Source: SAR202 cluster bacterium
Lineage (GTDB): Bacteria > Chloroflexota > Dehalococcoidia > Lucifugimonadales > VGZY01
Length of the DNA stretch: 64,000 bases
Assembly (NCBI GenBank): GCA_016872355.1
Contig: VGZY01000002.1
Span: 4,484 to 68,483, forward strand
Reading direction: 5' to 3'
The notes under the pieces were generated by a model that was given only the letters and a program-made list of their open reading frames with translations, was not told where the DNA came from and made no database searches. A program made the translations under genes and the position numbers. Positions 18,584 to 28,102 of the stretch are shown one piece after another. Numbering within the stretch: position 1 is the first letter of the stretch; the number at the start of each line of letters is the position of its first letter.

Positions 18584-19315
18584 ATGGGTCAGCTTGAAGG
18601 AAAAGTCGCCATCATCACGGGCGCCGGCACCGGCATCGGCAAGGGCATCGCCCGCGCGTTCGCACGGGAGGGCGCGTCCCTGGTGCTCGCTTCCCGCAAC
18701 ACTGAGCACCTCCGCGAGACCGCCGCCGAGGCCCATAGCCTGGGCGCAAAGGCGATCGTCGTTCCCACGGACGTGACGGACGAAAAACAGGTCATCGCGC
18801 TGTTCGAGGGGACGATGAAGGAGTTCGGCGCGCTGGACCTGCTCGTGAACAACTCCGGCGTCTTCGACGGCGGCCCCATCGACCAGATATCGCTGGAGAC
18901 ATGGAATAAGGTCGTCGGGGTCAACCTCACCGGCGTCTTTCTCTGCACCCGCGAGGCGATGAAAATTATGAAGCCGCGACGCGCCGGTCGTATTATTAAC
19001 ATGGGCAGCATCTCAGCGCAGATGCCCCGCAAGAACGCCGCGCCGTACACCACTACCAAGCACGCGCTCGTGGGACTCACCAAGGCGACCGCGCTTGAGG
19101 GCCGGGAATACGGCATCACATGCGGCGCCCTGCACCCGGGCAACGTGCGCACGGAGCTGCGCGCCTCAAGCATTCGCCCACAGGACCACGAGCCCATGAT
19201 GACGCCGGACGACATAGCGGTGGCAGCCCTCGCAATGGCGGTCCTGCCGCCCTACGTGAACATGCTGGAGTCGATCGTCCTGCCAGTAGACCAGCTCTAC
19301 CTGGGTAGAGGGTAA
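18584..19315 (+). CDS. SDR family oxidoreductase
   Basis: TGAGTGIGKG, NNSG and YTTTK motifs. Confidence 0.85.
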   Translation: MGQLEGKVAIITGAGTGIGKGIARAFAREGASLVLASRNTEHLRETAAEAHSLGAKAIVVPTDVTDEKQVIALFEGTMKEFGALDLLVNNSGVFDGGPIDQISLETWNKVVGVNLTGVFLCTREAMKIMKPRRAGRIINMGSISAQMPRKNAAPYTTTKHALVGLTKATALEGREYGITCGALHPGNVRTELRASSIRPQDHEPMMTPDDIAVAALAMAVLPPYVNMLESIVLPVDQLYLGRG

Positions 19316-19989
19316 TGCCGATGATCGCCATAGACGGGCCGGTCGCTTCCGGCAAGAGCGCCGTCGGCCGCCGCGCCGCAAGGCGCCTGGGCTACCGCTT
19401 TCTGGACACCGGCTGGATGTACAGGGCCGTCACGTGGGCCGCCATTCACCGCCAGGTGAACATCCTCAACGAAGACGCGCTTACCCACCTGACCCACCAC
19501 ATCCAGATGGAGCTCGTCCCCGGCAAAGACAACGGGGACCGGCTGGTGCTGGACGGAATCGACATGACGGACCATCTGCGCGACCACGACGTCCAGTGCC
19601 ATGTCTCGCCCGTCTCGGCCGTGCGCGGCGTCCGCGAGGCGCTCGTCGCCCAGCAGCGGAGCATTGCCTCGAAGGGCAGCATCGTAATGGTTGGACGCGA
19701 CATCGGTACCGTGGTGCTCCCGGACGCCGAGGTAAAGGTCTTCCTCACCGCGTCTCTGGACATTCGCGCCCGGCGCCGCTACGAGGAAGTCAGGGCGGGC
19801 GGCGTGACGTACGAGGAGGTGGTCGCCGACCTGCTGCGTCGCGACAAGATCGACAGCGAGCGCGCGGAGTCCCCGCTCAGGCAGGCGGGCAACGCCGTGC
19901 TGATCGAGACGGACCGCCTTACGGTGGATGAGATCGTCGACCGCATCATGGGCCTCGCCAGGGTGAAGACCGCGAATGAAATCCCTTAA
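19315..19989 (+). CDS. cmk: cytidylate kinase
   Basis: IAIDGPVASGKS P-loop and LDTGWMYRAV. TAATG overlap with the SDR gene's stop. Confidence 0.9.
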   Translation: MPMIAIDGPVASGKSAVGRRAARRLGYRFLDTGWMYRAVTWAAIHRQVNILNEDALTHLTHHIQMELVPGKDNGDRLVLDGIDMTDHLRDHDVQCHVSPVSAVRGVREALVAQQRSIASKGSIVMVGRDIGTVVLPDAEVKVFLTASLDIRARRRYEEVRAGGVTYEEVVADLLRRDKIDSERAESPLRQAGNAVLIETDRLTVDEIVDRIMGLARVKTANEIP

Positions 19990-20659
19990 TCCTACCTGCA
20001 ACTTCCTGCAGCGGATAACGTTGCGCATCTTCGCCGACTACAGGGTGGAGGGGAAAGAGAACGTCCCGCCCATGGGACCGATCATCATCGTCGCCAACCA
20101 CTGCAGCAACTTCGACCCTCCCCTGCTCTCGACCAGCCTGCCACGGCGCGTCCGCTTTCTGGCCAAGCGGGAGATGTTCAAGAACCCGTTCTTTAGGTGG
20201 TTCTTTACCTCGTACGGCGCCCACCCGGTAAACCGCGAAGGGCTGGACATCACAGCCTACAAGTGGATGCTGGAGCAGCTCAGCAAGGATGCCGCGCTCG
20301 TGATTTTCCCGGAGGGCACGCGCAGCCGCGGCGGCGGAATGAAGCGCGCGCTCCCCGGCGTAACGCAGGTCGCCATCAAGTCCCAGGCTACGATTCTACC
20401 TGTCGCCATCACCGGCACCGAAAAGCTAGGCTCGTGGCTCCGCGTCTTCAATCCCACCGGCAAGATACGCGTCAAGATCGGCCAACCCTTCACCCTCCCC
20501 ATCATCGAAGGCAAGCCGGACAGGGTCGTCCTGGACTCGATGACGGATATGATCATGGGCCGCATAGCCATGATGCTTCCGGAAAGCTACCAGGGCGTGT
20601 ACAAGCAGGGCGCAAAGGCGTCCCAGGCCCAGGCGAAGGCGGACGCGCCGAAACAGTGA
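19976..20659 (+). CDS. plsC: 1-acyl-sn-glycerol-3-phosphate acyltransferase
   Basis: NHCSNFDP (HX4D) and FPEGTRS motifs. The cmk-plsC synteny is common. Confidence 0.85.
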   Translation: MKSLNPTCNFLQRITLRIFADYRVEGKENVPPMGPIIIVANHCSNFDPPLLSTSLPRRVRFLAKREMFKNPFFRWFFTSYGAHPVNREGLDITAYKWMLEQLSKDAALVIFPEGTRSRGGGMKRALPGVTQVAIKSQATILPVAITGTEKLGSWLRVFNPTGKIRVKIGQPFTLPIIEGKPDRVVLDSMTDMIMGRIAMMLPESYQGVYKQGAKASQAQAKADAPKQ

Positions 20660-20822
20660 GCCGCCGCTGAATTCGGTATGGGGGTCTGAGACCTGCCCAT
20701 GCCGGACCCGCCGACCCCTTTTTCCCCTCTCTACTTTCCTTCAGGCGTGGTATAACTCTTGGTGAGGGCTTAAATTATCTCCATCACGCTTCAGGCTCCC
20801 CAGATCGCGAGGTTGAACACCT

Positions 20823-22667
20823 ATGTGCGGAATTCTTGGCTATACAGGCGCGCGCCAGGCCGCCCCACTCCTGCTTGATGGACTTGCCACGCTCGAATAC
20901 CGGGGCTACGACAGCGCCGGCATCGCCGTCATCGGCGCAGGCGGCAGCCCGGAGGTGCGGAAGTCCCAGGGCAAGCTGGCCAACCTGCGCGCCACGCTCA
21001 ACGGCCAGGTCCCCCAGGGCGTCTGCGGCATCGGCCACACGCGCTGGGCCACCCACGGCCGCCCCAGCGACGACAACGCCCACCCCCACACCGACTGCCG
21101 AAACGAGGTCGCAGTCGTCCACAACGGCATCGTTGAGAACTACCTTGAAATCAAGCGGGAGCTACAGGCAAAAGGCCACGAGTTCCTATCGCAAACGGAC
21201 ACGGAGTGCATCCCGCACCTCATCGAGACTTACCTCATGGAGGAGTACCCGTTCGAGGAGGCGGTCATGAAGACCGCCGGCAGGCTCCGCGGCGCGCAGG
21301 CCGTCGTCGCCGTCTCCCGGCGCGACCCCGGAAAGATCGTCGCGTTCCGGCTGGGCAACGCAGGCGGCATCGTCCTCGGCTACGGGAAGGGCGAGATGTT
21401 CCTCTCTTCCGACCTCCCTGCCCTGCTGCCGCATACACGGCGCATCGCGTACCTGGCAGGCGGCGAGACGGTGGTGCTGACGCCTGGCGGCGCCGCATAC
21501 CGCCGCGTGGACGGGTCAGCGATCACCAAATCCCCGACCCACGTCCCTTACGACGCCGTCTCCGCAGCGAAGGGCAGCTACAAGCACTTCATGCAGAAGG
21601 AGATAGCCGAGCAGCCGGAAGCCGTTATCAACACGATGCGTAATCGCGTCTCTTTCGACAAGGCCACGGTCGAAATGGAGGAATCGCTGCTGGCGAAGAT
21701 TGACGTCGACAGGATAGACCGCGTCGTGATCGTAGGCGTGGGGACCAGCCTGCACGCCGGAATGGTGGCGCGCCACTGGATGGAGCAGTTCGCCGGCCTG
21801 CCGACTGAGGTCGACAATTCATCGGAGTTCCGTTACAGGGACCCAATCCTGAACGACCGCACGCTGGTTGTCTCTATCAGCCAGTCCGGGGAGACGGCAG
21901 ACACCCTCGCCGCGATGGAGGGCGCCGCCCATAAGGGCGCGAAACAGATAACGCTTACCAACTACGATGGCACTCAGACGACGCGCATCGCCGACGGGAC
22001 AATTCTCATACGTGCCGGAATGGAGATCGGCGTAGCCGCCACAAAGACGTTCCTGTGCTCGCTGACAGCGCTGCACATGCTCGCCATTTACCTTGGGATC
22101 AAGCGCGGCACACTAAACGGGGAGCGCGTCGCCGGCCTCATCAAGGAGCTCGCCCACCTGCCGGAGATGCTCGGCAACCAGGTGCTTCCGAATCCTGTCT
22201 ACGAACGCCTTGCAGATAAATACTCCCGCTACAAGGACGTCCTCTACCTGGGCCGCGGGATAAACTTCCCGATGGCGATGGAGGGCGCGCTCAAGCTGAA
22301 GGAGATCAGCTACATCCACGCCGAAGGGTACCCTGCCGGCGAGATGAAGCACGGACCGATATCGCTCATCGATGAGAACATGCCGGTCGTCGCCCTGATC
22401 CCCCACGACAACCTGTACGAGAAGATGCTCAGCAATATCCAGGAAGTAAGGGCGCGCGGCGGGAAGGTGATCGCGATCTGCACCGAGGGCGATGTCGAGC
22501 TGCCGAAGATCGCAGACGACGTTATCTTCACGCCGAAGTCGTCCCCGCTCATCAGCCCAATGCTGATGGCGGTGCCGATCCAGCTACTCGCCTACCACAT
22601 CGCTGTCCGCCGCGGCTGCGACGTTGACCAGCCCCGCAACCTGGCCAAGTCCGTCACCGTAGAATAG
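20823..22667 (+). CDS. glmS: glutamine--fructose-6-phosphate aminotransferase
   Basis: N-terminal MCGILGY, two SIS domains, C-terminal KSVTVE. Confidence 0.97.
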   Translation: MCGILGYTGARQAAPLLLDGLATLEYRGYDSAGIAVIGAGGSPEVRKSQGKLANLRATLNGQVPQGVCGIGHTRWATHGRPSDDNAHPHTDCRNEVAVVHNGIVENYLEIKRELQAKGHEFLSQTDTECIPHLIETYLMEEYPFEEAVMKTAGRLRGAQAVVAVSRRDPGKIVAFRLGNAGGIVLGYGKGEMFLSSDLPALLPHTRRIAYLAGGETVVLTPGGAAYRRVDGSAITKSPTHVPYDAVSAAKGSYKHFMQKEIAEQPEAVINTMRNRVSFDKATVEMEESLLAKIDVDRIDRVVIVGVGTSLHAGMVARHWMEQFAGLPTEVDNSSEFRYRDPILNDRTLVVSISQSGETADTLAAMEGAAHKGAKQITLTNYDGTQTTRIADGTILIRAGMEIGVAATKTFLCSLTALHMLAIYLGIKRGTLNGERVAGLIKELAHLPEMLGNQVLPNPVYERLADKYSRYKDVLYLGRGINFPMAMEGALKLKEISYIHAEGYPAGEMKHGPISLIDENMPVVALIPHDNLYEKMLSNIQEVRARGGKVIAICTEGDVELPKIADDVIFTPKSSPLISPMLMAVPIQLLAYHIAVRRGCDVDQPRNLAKSVTVE

Positions 22668-22783
22668 GAGAGACGTCGGCAGTGGATTAAACTAGTCCCC
22701 TTGTGCAAAATTGGGGAATTGTCAGCGGAAACAGCCACTGCGTCGGAGTGCGGCCTAACGTTTCTCCATCCTGGACGGCACAG

Positions 22784-23424
22784 ATGATAAATACCATGCA
22801 GGCGTCCCTGACGGTGCGCGGCGGCCCTAATAGCGGCATGACCGTCACCCTTTCTAAACGCCCGGTTACCCTCGGAAGGCGATACGACAATGACATCGTC
22901 GTCGACGAGGCCACCGTATACCGCCGCGCCACGCCCTCATCATGGAGACCCCGTCCGGCGTCGTAATTCGCGACCTCAACACCACCAACGGCACATACGT
23001 TAATTTCGACCGAGTAGGCTCCTGCGAGCACTCGCTCAAGAGCGGAGACCGCATCCGCCTGGCGGGCAGCGAAGTAGTTATCGTTTACCTGCAGGAGGGG
23101 TACAACACGGTCAAAATGGATACCCCGCCTGCCTTCGCGGGGGAGGCGGTCTCTTCGAGCAGAAAGGCGTCGGCGACTGAGGATGCCGGAGAGTCACTGG
23201 CGCCCAAAGACACCGCACTGCTCAAGTATCTGGAATCGCGACGTAGCGAAGTTGTGAGCCGCGAGGATATCGTGAAGCGGGTGTGGCCGGAGCTTCCTGC
23301 CGGCGTAAACACGGAGCTACTGGTATCCGAGTCCGTCAACAGGGTCCGAGCGAAGCTGGGCGACGACCCGGCAAAACCGACCCACATTATCACAGTCGGT
23401 GAGTTCGGCTACCTTTTCATCTGA
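22784..23424 (+). pseudogene. FHA domain + OmpR/PhoB-type winged-helix regulator, reading frame broken inside the FHA domain
   Basis: Frame A reads VTLGRRYDNDIVVDEATVYRR then degenerates. Frame B continues (R)HALIMETPSGVVIRDLNTTNGTYVN...GDRIRLAG. Joining the two restores a canonical FHA core. The break is in CCGCCGCGCC near 22925-22930. The C-terminus SREDIVKRVWPE...IITVGEFGYLFI is a Trans_reg_C-type wHTH. Confidence 0.7.
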
Positions 23425-23460
23425 CGCATCAGCTTTACTGTAATTCGGGGGCTAACGTTA

Positions 23461-24642
23461 ATGGTGTCTATACCGCCGGGGAGCAGTCTTGGTAGGTACA
23501 GGGTTATTCAGCAACTTGGGCGCGGCGGCATGGCCACGGTCTTCAAGTGCCACGATCCCGACCTTGACCGATACGTCGCCGTCAAGGTGCTGCCTTCCTA
23601 TTACAACGATGACCCCACCTTCATCGCCCGCTTCGCCCAGGAAGCCCAGACCGTAGCCAAGCTGAACCATCCGAATATCCTTCAGATTTACGACTTCGGC
23701 TCGGACAAAGGCTTTTCCTACATCGTCTCGGAGTACCTCCCGGGCGGCAACCTTCAAGACAAGCTCAAGGGCGAACCACTCCCCCTGGACGAAGTTGTCA
23801 AGTACATGGCGCCCCTGGCAAGCGCTATGGACTATGCCCATGCTCAAGGCATAATTCACAGGGACTTGAAGCCTTCCAACGTTCTCCTGAGCTCCGACGG
23901 CAAACCCATTCTGGCGGACTTCGGACTCGCCCGCATGATGGAGTCTGCCGTCAGGTTCACTCAGGCCAACCAGGCCCTGGGCACCCCGGAGTATATGGCC
24001 CCTGAGCAGGCGATGGGCGCGGATGCCGACCACAGGTCCGACCTGTATGCCCTGGGCATCATTATCTACCAGCTCCTGGTGGGACAGACTCCCTTCCGGG
24101 CAGACACGCCCGCGGCCACGCTTATGGCCCATGTCCACTGGCCGCTGCCGTTGCCAACTACCCTGAACCCGAACATCGAGCCGCGCCTTGAGGCCACACT
24201 CCTCAAGGCCCTGGCCAAGGAGCCGGACGACCGCTTCCAGTCCGCCGGGGACCTCATAGACGCCCTGACAATGTCCTCTCGAAAGAAGGACTTGATTAAC
24301 GAGGCCGACCTTGGCGCGACTGCCGTGATCGATACTTCCAAGGTGCGGGGCGCGCCGGACATGGAGGGCGCAACGCTCGTCATGGGGCAGGGCGCCACTC
24401 AGGCGATTCCAAAGTACCAGGCGCCCTCGCGCGGAACCCAGGCAGCCAAGCCCGCTCAACGCCCAACTGCGGCGTCGGGCCGCGCCGCCGCGCCGCCAAC
24501 CGCACCCGGCCAAACACGGCGGCCAAGCCCGGGACCGTGCCGGTGCCTTTGCCTGCCAAGAAGGGCCCGCCCATGGCGCTCATACGGGGCGGCGCCGTGG
24601 CCGTGGTGGCGGCCGTCGCGGTCGGCGCATTCATCTTCATGA
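23461..24642 (+). CDS. Ser/Thr protein kinase (Hanks type); the tail after ~24510 looks out of frame
   Basis: HRDLKPSNVLL, DFGLAR and GTPEYMAPE motifs. The Pro/Ala linker turns into an implausible Cys/Arg/Trp-rich tail (PCRCLCLPRRARPW...). Confidence 0.85.
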   Translation: MVSIPPGSSLGRYRVIQQLGRGGMATVFKCHDPDLDRYVAVKVLPSYYNDDPTFIARFAQEAQTVAKLNHPNILQIYDFGSDKGFSYIVSEYLPGGNLQDKLKGEPLPLDEVVKYMAPLASAMDYAHAQGIIHRDLKPSNVLLSSDGKPILADFGLARMMESAVRFTQANQALGTPEYMAPEQAMGADADHRSDLYALGIIIYQLLVGQTPFRADTPAATLMAHVHWPLPLPTTLNPNIEPRLEATLLKALAKEPDDRFQSAGDLIDALTMSSRKKDLINEADLGATAVIDTSKVRGAPDMEGATLVMGQGATQAIPKYQAPSRGTQAAKPAQRPTAASGRAAAPPTAPGQTRRPSPGPCRCLCLPRRARPWRSYGAAPWPWWRPSRSAHSSS

Positions 24643-25964
24643 ACGGCGGCAAGGGCGGAGAGACTGCCAACACGCCCGTGCCAACCAACATACCGGTAGC
24701 CGCGGTGGCCACGAGCACGCCACAGCCCGGTATGAGTCCTGCAGAGATACTCTCCGCGCTCAGCCGCATGCAAAACGATGCCAAAGAGGCAATTCCCCAG
24801 ATACGACAGATTGATGCGAAGTCGCCTCTGGAAGCGGACTTCAAGACCCGGACCGAGCTCGAGGGGATTACCCGCAGCTTCTTCAAGCGCGAGGCGCTAC
24901 GTGACCAGGTCTTCGAGACCGAGGAGCTTTACAAGGCCCTGGGAATGATGGCTGAGAGCGAGAGCCTGGAGGAGATTCTGGTCGGTATTCAAACGCAACA
25001 GGTCTCAGCACTCTTCGACGACGCTGCCGGCAGGTTCTACGTCGTCAACGACGGCACGACCGTCGGCCCGCGCGACGAGCTCGCCATAGTTGCCGCTTAC
25101 ATGAGCGGCATGCAGCAGCAGAATTTCAACGTCGCAGAAATCCGTCGAAAAGCCGGCGAGTTCAGCCTTGATGAGCTTCGCGCAGTCGACGCCATGATTA
25201 AGGGCGATATTGCACAGGTGCTCGACGGGTACATATCTAGGAACATGACGCAGGCGGAGATTTCGACGCTGTCCGCGCCACTGGCTGAGAACAAGCTACT
25301 CGCCGCCCCGAAGGTGGTGCGAGCGGTAAATAACTTCCAGTCACAGGAAGGCGAGACATTCAGCTACGAGCTATTCGGCGAGGACGGCTGGAACGGCGTA
25401 GACCGCGCCTACACTCGGCCTCCGGTTTCCACTGAGCAGGTCATACACCCGGCCAAGTATTTCGTCAACGAAGAGGTGGTTCACACCATCGTTCCGAATA
25501 TCGCGAACCGCATGGGCGGCGGCTGGAGCCAGGTCAGCGGCAACGCCATGGGTGAGCTGCTGATTCGCACCTATTTGCTGGAATTCCTCGGCGACCAGCA
25601 GGCGGGCGACGCCGCAGCCGGTTGGGGTGGGGACCGCTACTCGCTGATGGTCGGCCCGAGCGGAGAGAAGCTGCTCATCGCAAACATCGTGTGGGACACC
25701 AACTTGGACGCCAAGGAGTTCTACGACGCCTACGCCGCATTCATGTCCGCCAAGTACGCCGGACAAAACATCGAGATAAACAGGACAAACACCGTCAGCC
25801 GCTGGATTGTGCCCAACAAGGAGGCCATTTTCCTCGGCAAAAACGCGTTCGCGACCGTACTGATGATCGCCAGCAACAGCAAGGATGACAAGGCGCTTCT
25901 TGAGACGGCCTTCCAGAAGCTCACAGAGGCGCTCCAGGAGCAGTCACCCTTGGTCGGACGGTAA
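24537..25964 (+). CDS. membrane-anchored extracytoplasmic domain protein; probably the displaced C-terminal part of the kinase
   Basis: This frame is open from 24300 without a start codon. It reads ...TAAKPGTVPVPLPAKKGPPMALIRGGAVAVVAAVAVGAFIFM (linker plus TM helix), then a ~430-aa domain. A single 1-nt shift near 24500-24530 would fuse it to the kinase. Confidence 0.6.
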   Translation: MPVPLPAKKGPPMALIRGGAVAVVAAVAVGAFIFMNGGKGGETANTPVPTNIPVAAVATSTPQPGMSPAEILSALSRMQNDAKEAIPQIRQIDAKSPLEADFKTRTELEGITRSFFKREALRDQVFETEELYKALGMMAESESLEEILVGIQTQQVSALFDDAAGRFYVVNDGTTVGPRDELAIVAAYMSGMQQQNFNVAEIRRKAGEFSLDELRAVDAMIKGDIAQVLDGYISRNMTQAEISTLSAPLAENKLLAAPKVVRAVNNFQSQEGETFSYELFGEDGWNGVDRAYTRPPVSTEQVIHPAKYFVNEEVVHTIVPNIANRMGGGWSQVSGNAMGELLIRTYLLEFLGDQQAGDAAAGWGGDRYSLMVGPSGEKLLIANIVWDTNLDAKEFYDAYAAFMSAKYAGQNIEINRTNTVSRWIVPNKEAIFLGKNAFATVLMIASNSKDDKALLETAFQKLTEALQEQSPLVGR

Positions 25965-25984
25965 CGTGGCCCCAGACCGACAAA

Positions 25985-26029
25985 GGAGCCGCGCCTTTCC
26001 CCTGCCGAACAGAGGATAGGCGCGGCTCC
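25985..26029. terminator. hairpin between convergent genes
   Basis: 11-bp stem GGAGCCGCGCC/GGCGCGGCTCC with a 23-nt loop, followed by CTTCATT. Confidence 0.35.
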
Positions 26030-26062
26030 CTTCATTACTCCTGATTACTTCTACAGCCGGCG

Positions 26063-26962
26063 TTACCTCACCGTAACGTCTGAAGCCCCCGCAGAAATCC
26101 TCAGATCGATCCTGTTCGTCGCCGTGTCGTAGTCCGAGGACTGGTGCACGTCTCCCACTTTCGGGAAGCGGCTCGCAATGTCTATGGATGAGAGCCCGGA
26201 CTCGTTTGTGATCCTCGCGGCCACGCCCTGCGGGATCCGTACGCTCACGTCCGCCGCGCCGGCGCTGATCTTGGCGATCACGTTTCCAGCATTCGCCGGC
26301 ATGGTCACATCCAGGTCCGCTGCGCCGGTGCTGATGTCCACACTCGTCGCCCGCAGCTCCATCAGGTCAAGCTCCATGTCCGCCGCGCCGCTATCCAGGT
26401 CGAATCTGACTGTTGGGGAACGTGACAGGTTGATGGTCCATTCTACGTCACCCCTGCCGAACCAGGAGAATGGCCCGCCGTCAGTCCGGCTGATTGTGAG
26501 CGTCCCGTCACTGCCGTTCCTAGTCATCACGGCCTCCGCCGGCTCCCCAGGGTTCTGCAGGCGCGCCTCGAACAAGTTAGTTGACCCGGCAGGTAACGTC
26601 CCTACCCGCAGTCGCCCTGCTCCAAAATCCACGTTCGCCTGGATGGTGCGAATGTCGCCGAGCGGCTCTGACAATGTCGTAACCTGCCCGCCGGAGCTGA
26701 ACACATCGTTGTTTGCGGCGTACACAATTGCGCCAACCAGGACTGCAATGAGCGCCACAGCGACGACCGCAGCTACTGTTTGCGAAGCGGACCTGAATAT
26801 GATACCGACTCCCACAAGGATTATGATCACCGGCCAGAGGCGCCAGAGGTCCGACCATATGGAGCTTGGAAGAACGTCCAGGTTCTGGAGCAGGAAGATG
26901 ACTCCCAGGGTGACCAGTACTACAGCGAAGATTGGTATGCCGACCCTGTTGCCGTTTAACAT
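26063..26962 (-). CDS. LiaF-like / toastrack-domain membrane protein
   Basis: N-terminal multi-TM region (GVIFLLQNLDVLP..WPVIIILVGVGIIF). The C-terminal repetitive beta region (GAADMELDL...GAADLDVTMP...GAADVSVRIP) matches LiaF/DUF2154-type domains. Confidence 0.65.
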   Translation of the reverse strand: MLNGNRVGIPIFAVVLVTLGVIFLLQNLDVLPSSIWSDLWRLWPVIIILVGVGIIFRSASQTVAAVVAVALIAVLVGAIVYAANNDVFSSGGQVTTLSEPLGDIRTIQANVDFGAGRLRVGTLPAGSTNLFEARLQNPGEPAEAVMTRNGSDGTLTISRTDGGPFSWFGRGDVEWTINLSRSPTVRFDLDSGAADMELDLMELRATSVDISTGAADLDVTMPANAGNVIAKISAGAADVSVRIPQGVAARITNESGLSSIDIASRFPKVGDVHQSSDYDTATNRIDLRISAGASDVTVR

Positions 26963-26966
26963 GGTC

Positions 26967-27422
26967 TTACCTCCGCGCCCTGCCGAGTATCAACAACAGG
27001 CCGATGGCGATCAATACGACGGGCCAGATAACGCCCCATTCCAGCCAGCTGAATACCCCAAAGTTGATCAGCAGGAACAGTATGCCCAGGGCAATTATCC
27101 CGAGCCCTATGACCTGCGCGCCCTTGTTGCGAGACTCGGAATATCGACGAGGTGAAAAGTCGGGCGCAATCTCCGGCGCCGGCTGGCCGGCAATATCAGC
27201 CGGCGGGGTGCCGGAAGACGACGCAGGAGGAACGATGGACTCCTGCTCTGGAAGTATTATGGCGAGGACAATGTAGATGATGATCCCTGAAGCCCCGGCG
27301 AAGACCAGCAGCACGAAGGCAAGTCGAATCAACGTTGGATCGACGTCGATGTACTCTGCGATCCCGCCGGCCACGCCGGCAATCATGCGGTTCTTCCTAC
27401 TCTTGTACATTCTCTTATTCAT
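26967..27422 (-). CDS. PspC domain-containing membrane protein
   Basis: MYKSRKNRMIAGVAGGIAEYIDVDPTLIRLAFVL is a canonical PspC domain. ATG 27422 is preceded by GGAGG. Confidence 0.85.
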   Translation of the reverse strand: MNKRMYKSRKNRMIAGVAGGIAEYIDVDPTLIRLAFVLLVFAGASGIIIYIVLAIILPEQESIVPPASSSGTPPADIAGQPAPEIAPDFSPRRYSESRNKGAQVIGLGIIALGILFLLINFGVFSWLEWGVIWPVVLIAIGLLLILGRARR

Positions 27423-27541
27423 GTCGCCTCCTCTGGCCTGACAGGAAACGGACACTCATTCACAGTTACATTTTTGCGGTTCACCGTCAAATCGCCGTGA
27501 ACACGGGCGCCGAATCCGTGAAAAGCGTGCGCTAAAGGGCG

Positions 27542-27940
27542 CTATTCGTCCGTCGTGCCAAGAAGAGTGTTCAGAATCGTGCTGACGACAGCCACGATCA
27601 GGGCCGCCACGAACGCCCACATGATGTTTTCCACCTCGACAGCCAGGTCCAGCAGACTCGCAAGCCAGACCGCCAGAAGCAACATGAGCGTGTTGATGAC
27701 CAGCGCGAAGAGCCCCAGTGTGAGGCACGTCAATGGCAGTCCGATCAGCTTGACAAAGGGCTTGATGACCGCGTTAACCAGTCCGAAAATCAGTGCGGTG
27801 CCAAGCAGCGCCTTCCAGTCGGCGATGTCGAGGCCCGGCAATAGCTCCGCCGCGAGCCATAGGGCCAGGGCGTTAATAAGGAACCTGATCGCCAGCAAGA
27901 CTATCCCTGAAGGGCGCTTGTCCTTCTCGTCACGTGCCAT
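27542..27940 (-). CDS. phage holin 4_2 family (YvlD-like) membrane protein
   Basis: LINALALWLAAELLPGLDI..ALIFGLVNAVIKP..LPLTCLTLGLFALVIN pattern. ATG 27940 is preceded by GGAGGG. Confidence 0.7.
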   Translation of the reverse strand: MARDEKDKRPSGIVLLAIRFLINALALWLAAELLPGLDIADWKALLGTALIFGLVNAVIKPFVKLIGLPLTCLTLGLFALVINTLMLLLAVWLASLLDLAVEVENIMWAFVAALIVAVVSTILNTLLGTTDE

Positions 27941-28038
27941 GCTGGATCCCTCCATTCGCTGATGCTGAACGATTTACCCTCTTCTGCATCGTACGCGAAT
28001 CGGTATCTGGATTCAATTACGTGACCTGGCCGTTCCGC

Positions 28039-28067
28039 TTGACAGAAGCGTTGTGTTCTACCATAGT
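28039..28067 (+). promoter_or_regulatory. sigma70-like promoter candidate for paralogue 1
   Basis: TTGACA (28039-28044), 17-nt spacer, CATAGT (28062-28067). Confidence 0.35.
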
Positions 28068-28102
28068 ACCTGTCGTTCAAATAATTCATCACGAGGTGCA
28101 GC

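Noticed and set aside
20660-20822. Possible glmS ribozyme in the 163-nt leader upstream of glmS
   Set aside because: I could not find the conserved ribozyme core (cleavage-site AGCGCC context or the GGGACGAGG-type P2 elements). The region contains only a small hairpin (GGTCT-g-AGACC) and an extended -10-like TGgTATAAC. A covariance-model scan (Rfam RF00234) would settle it.
24480-24545. Programmed -1 ribosomal frameshift joining the kinase to its ectodomain
   Set aside because: No X XXY YYZ slippery heptamer or obvious downstream pseudoknot is visible at the frame junction. An indel (real or assembly-derived) is more plausible.
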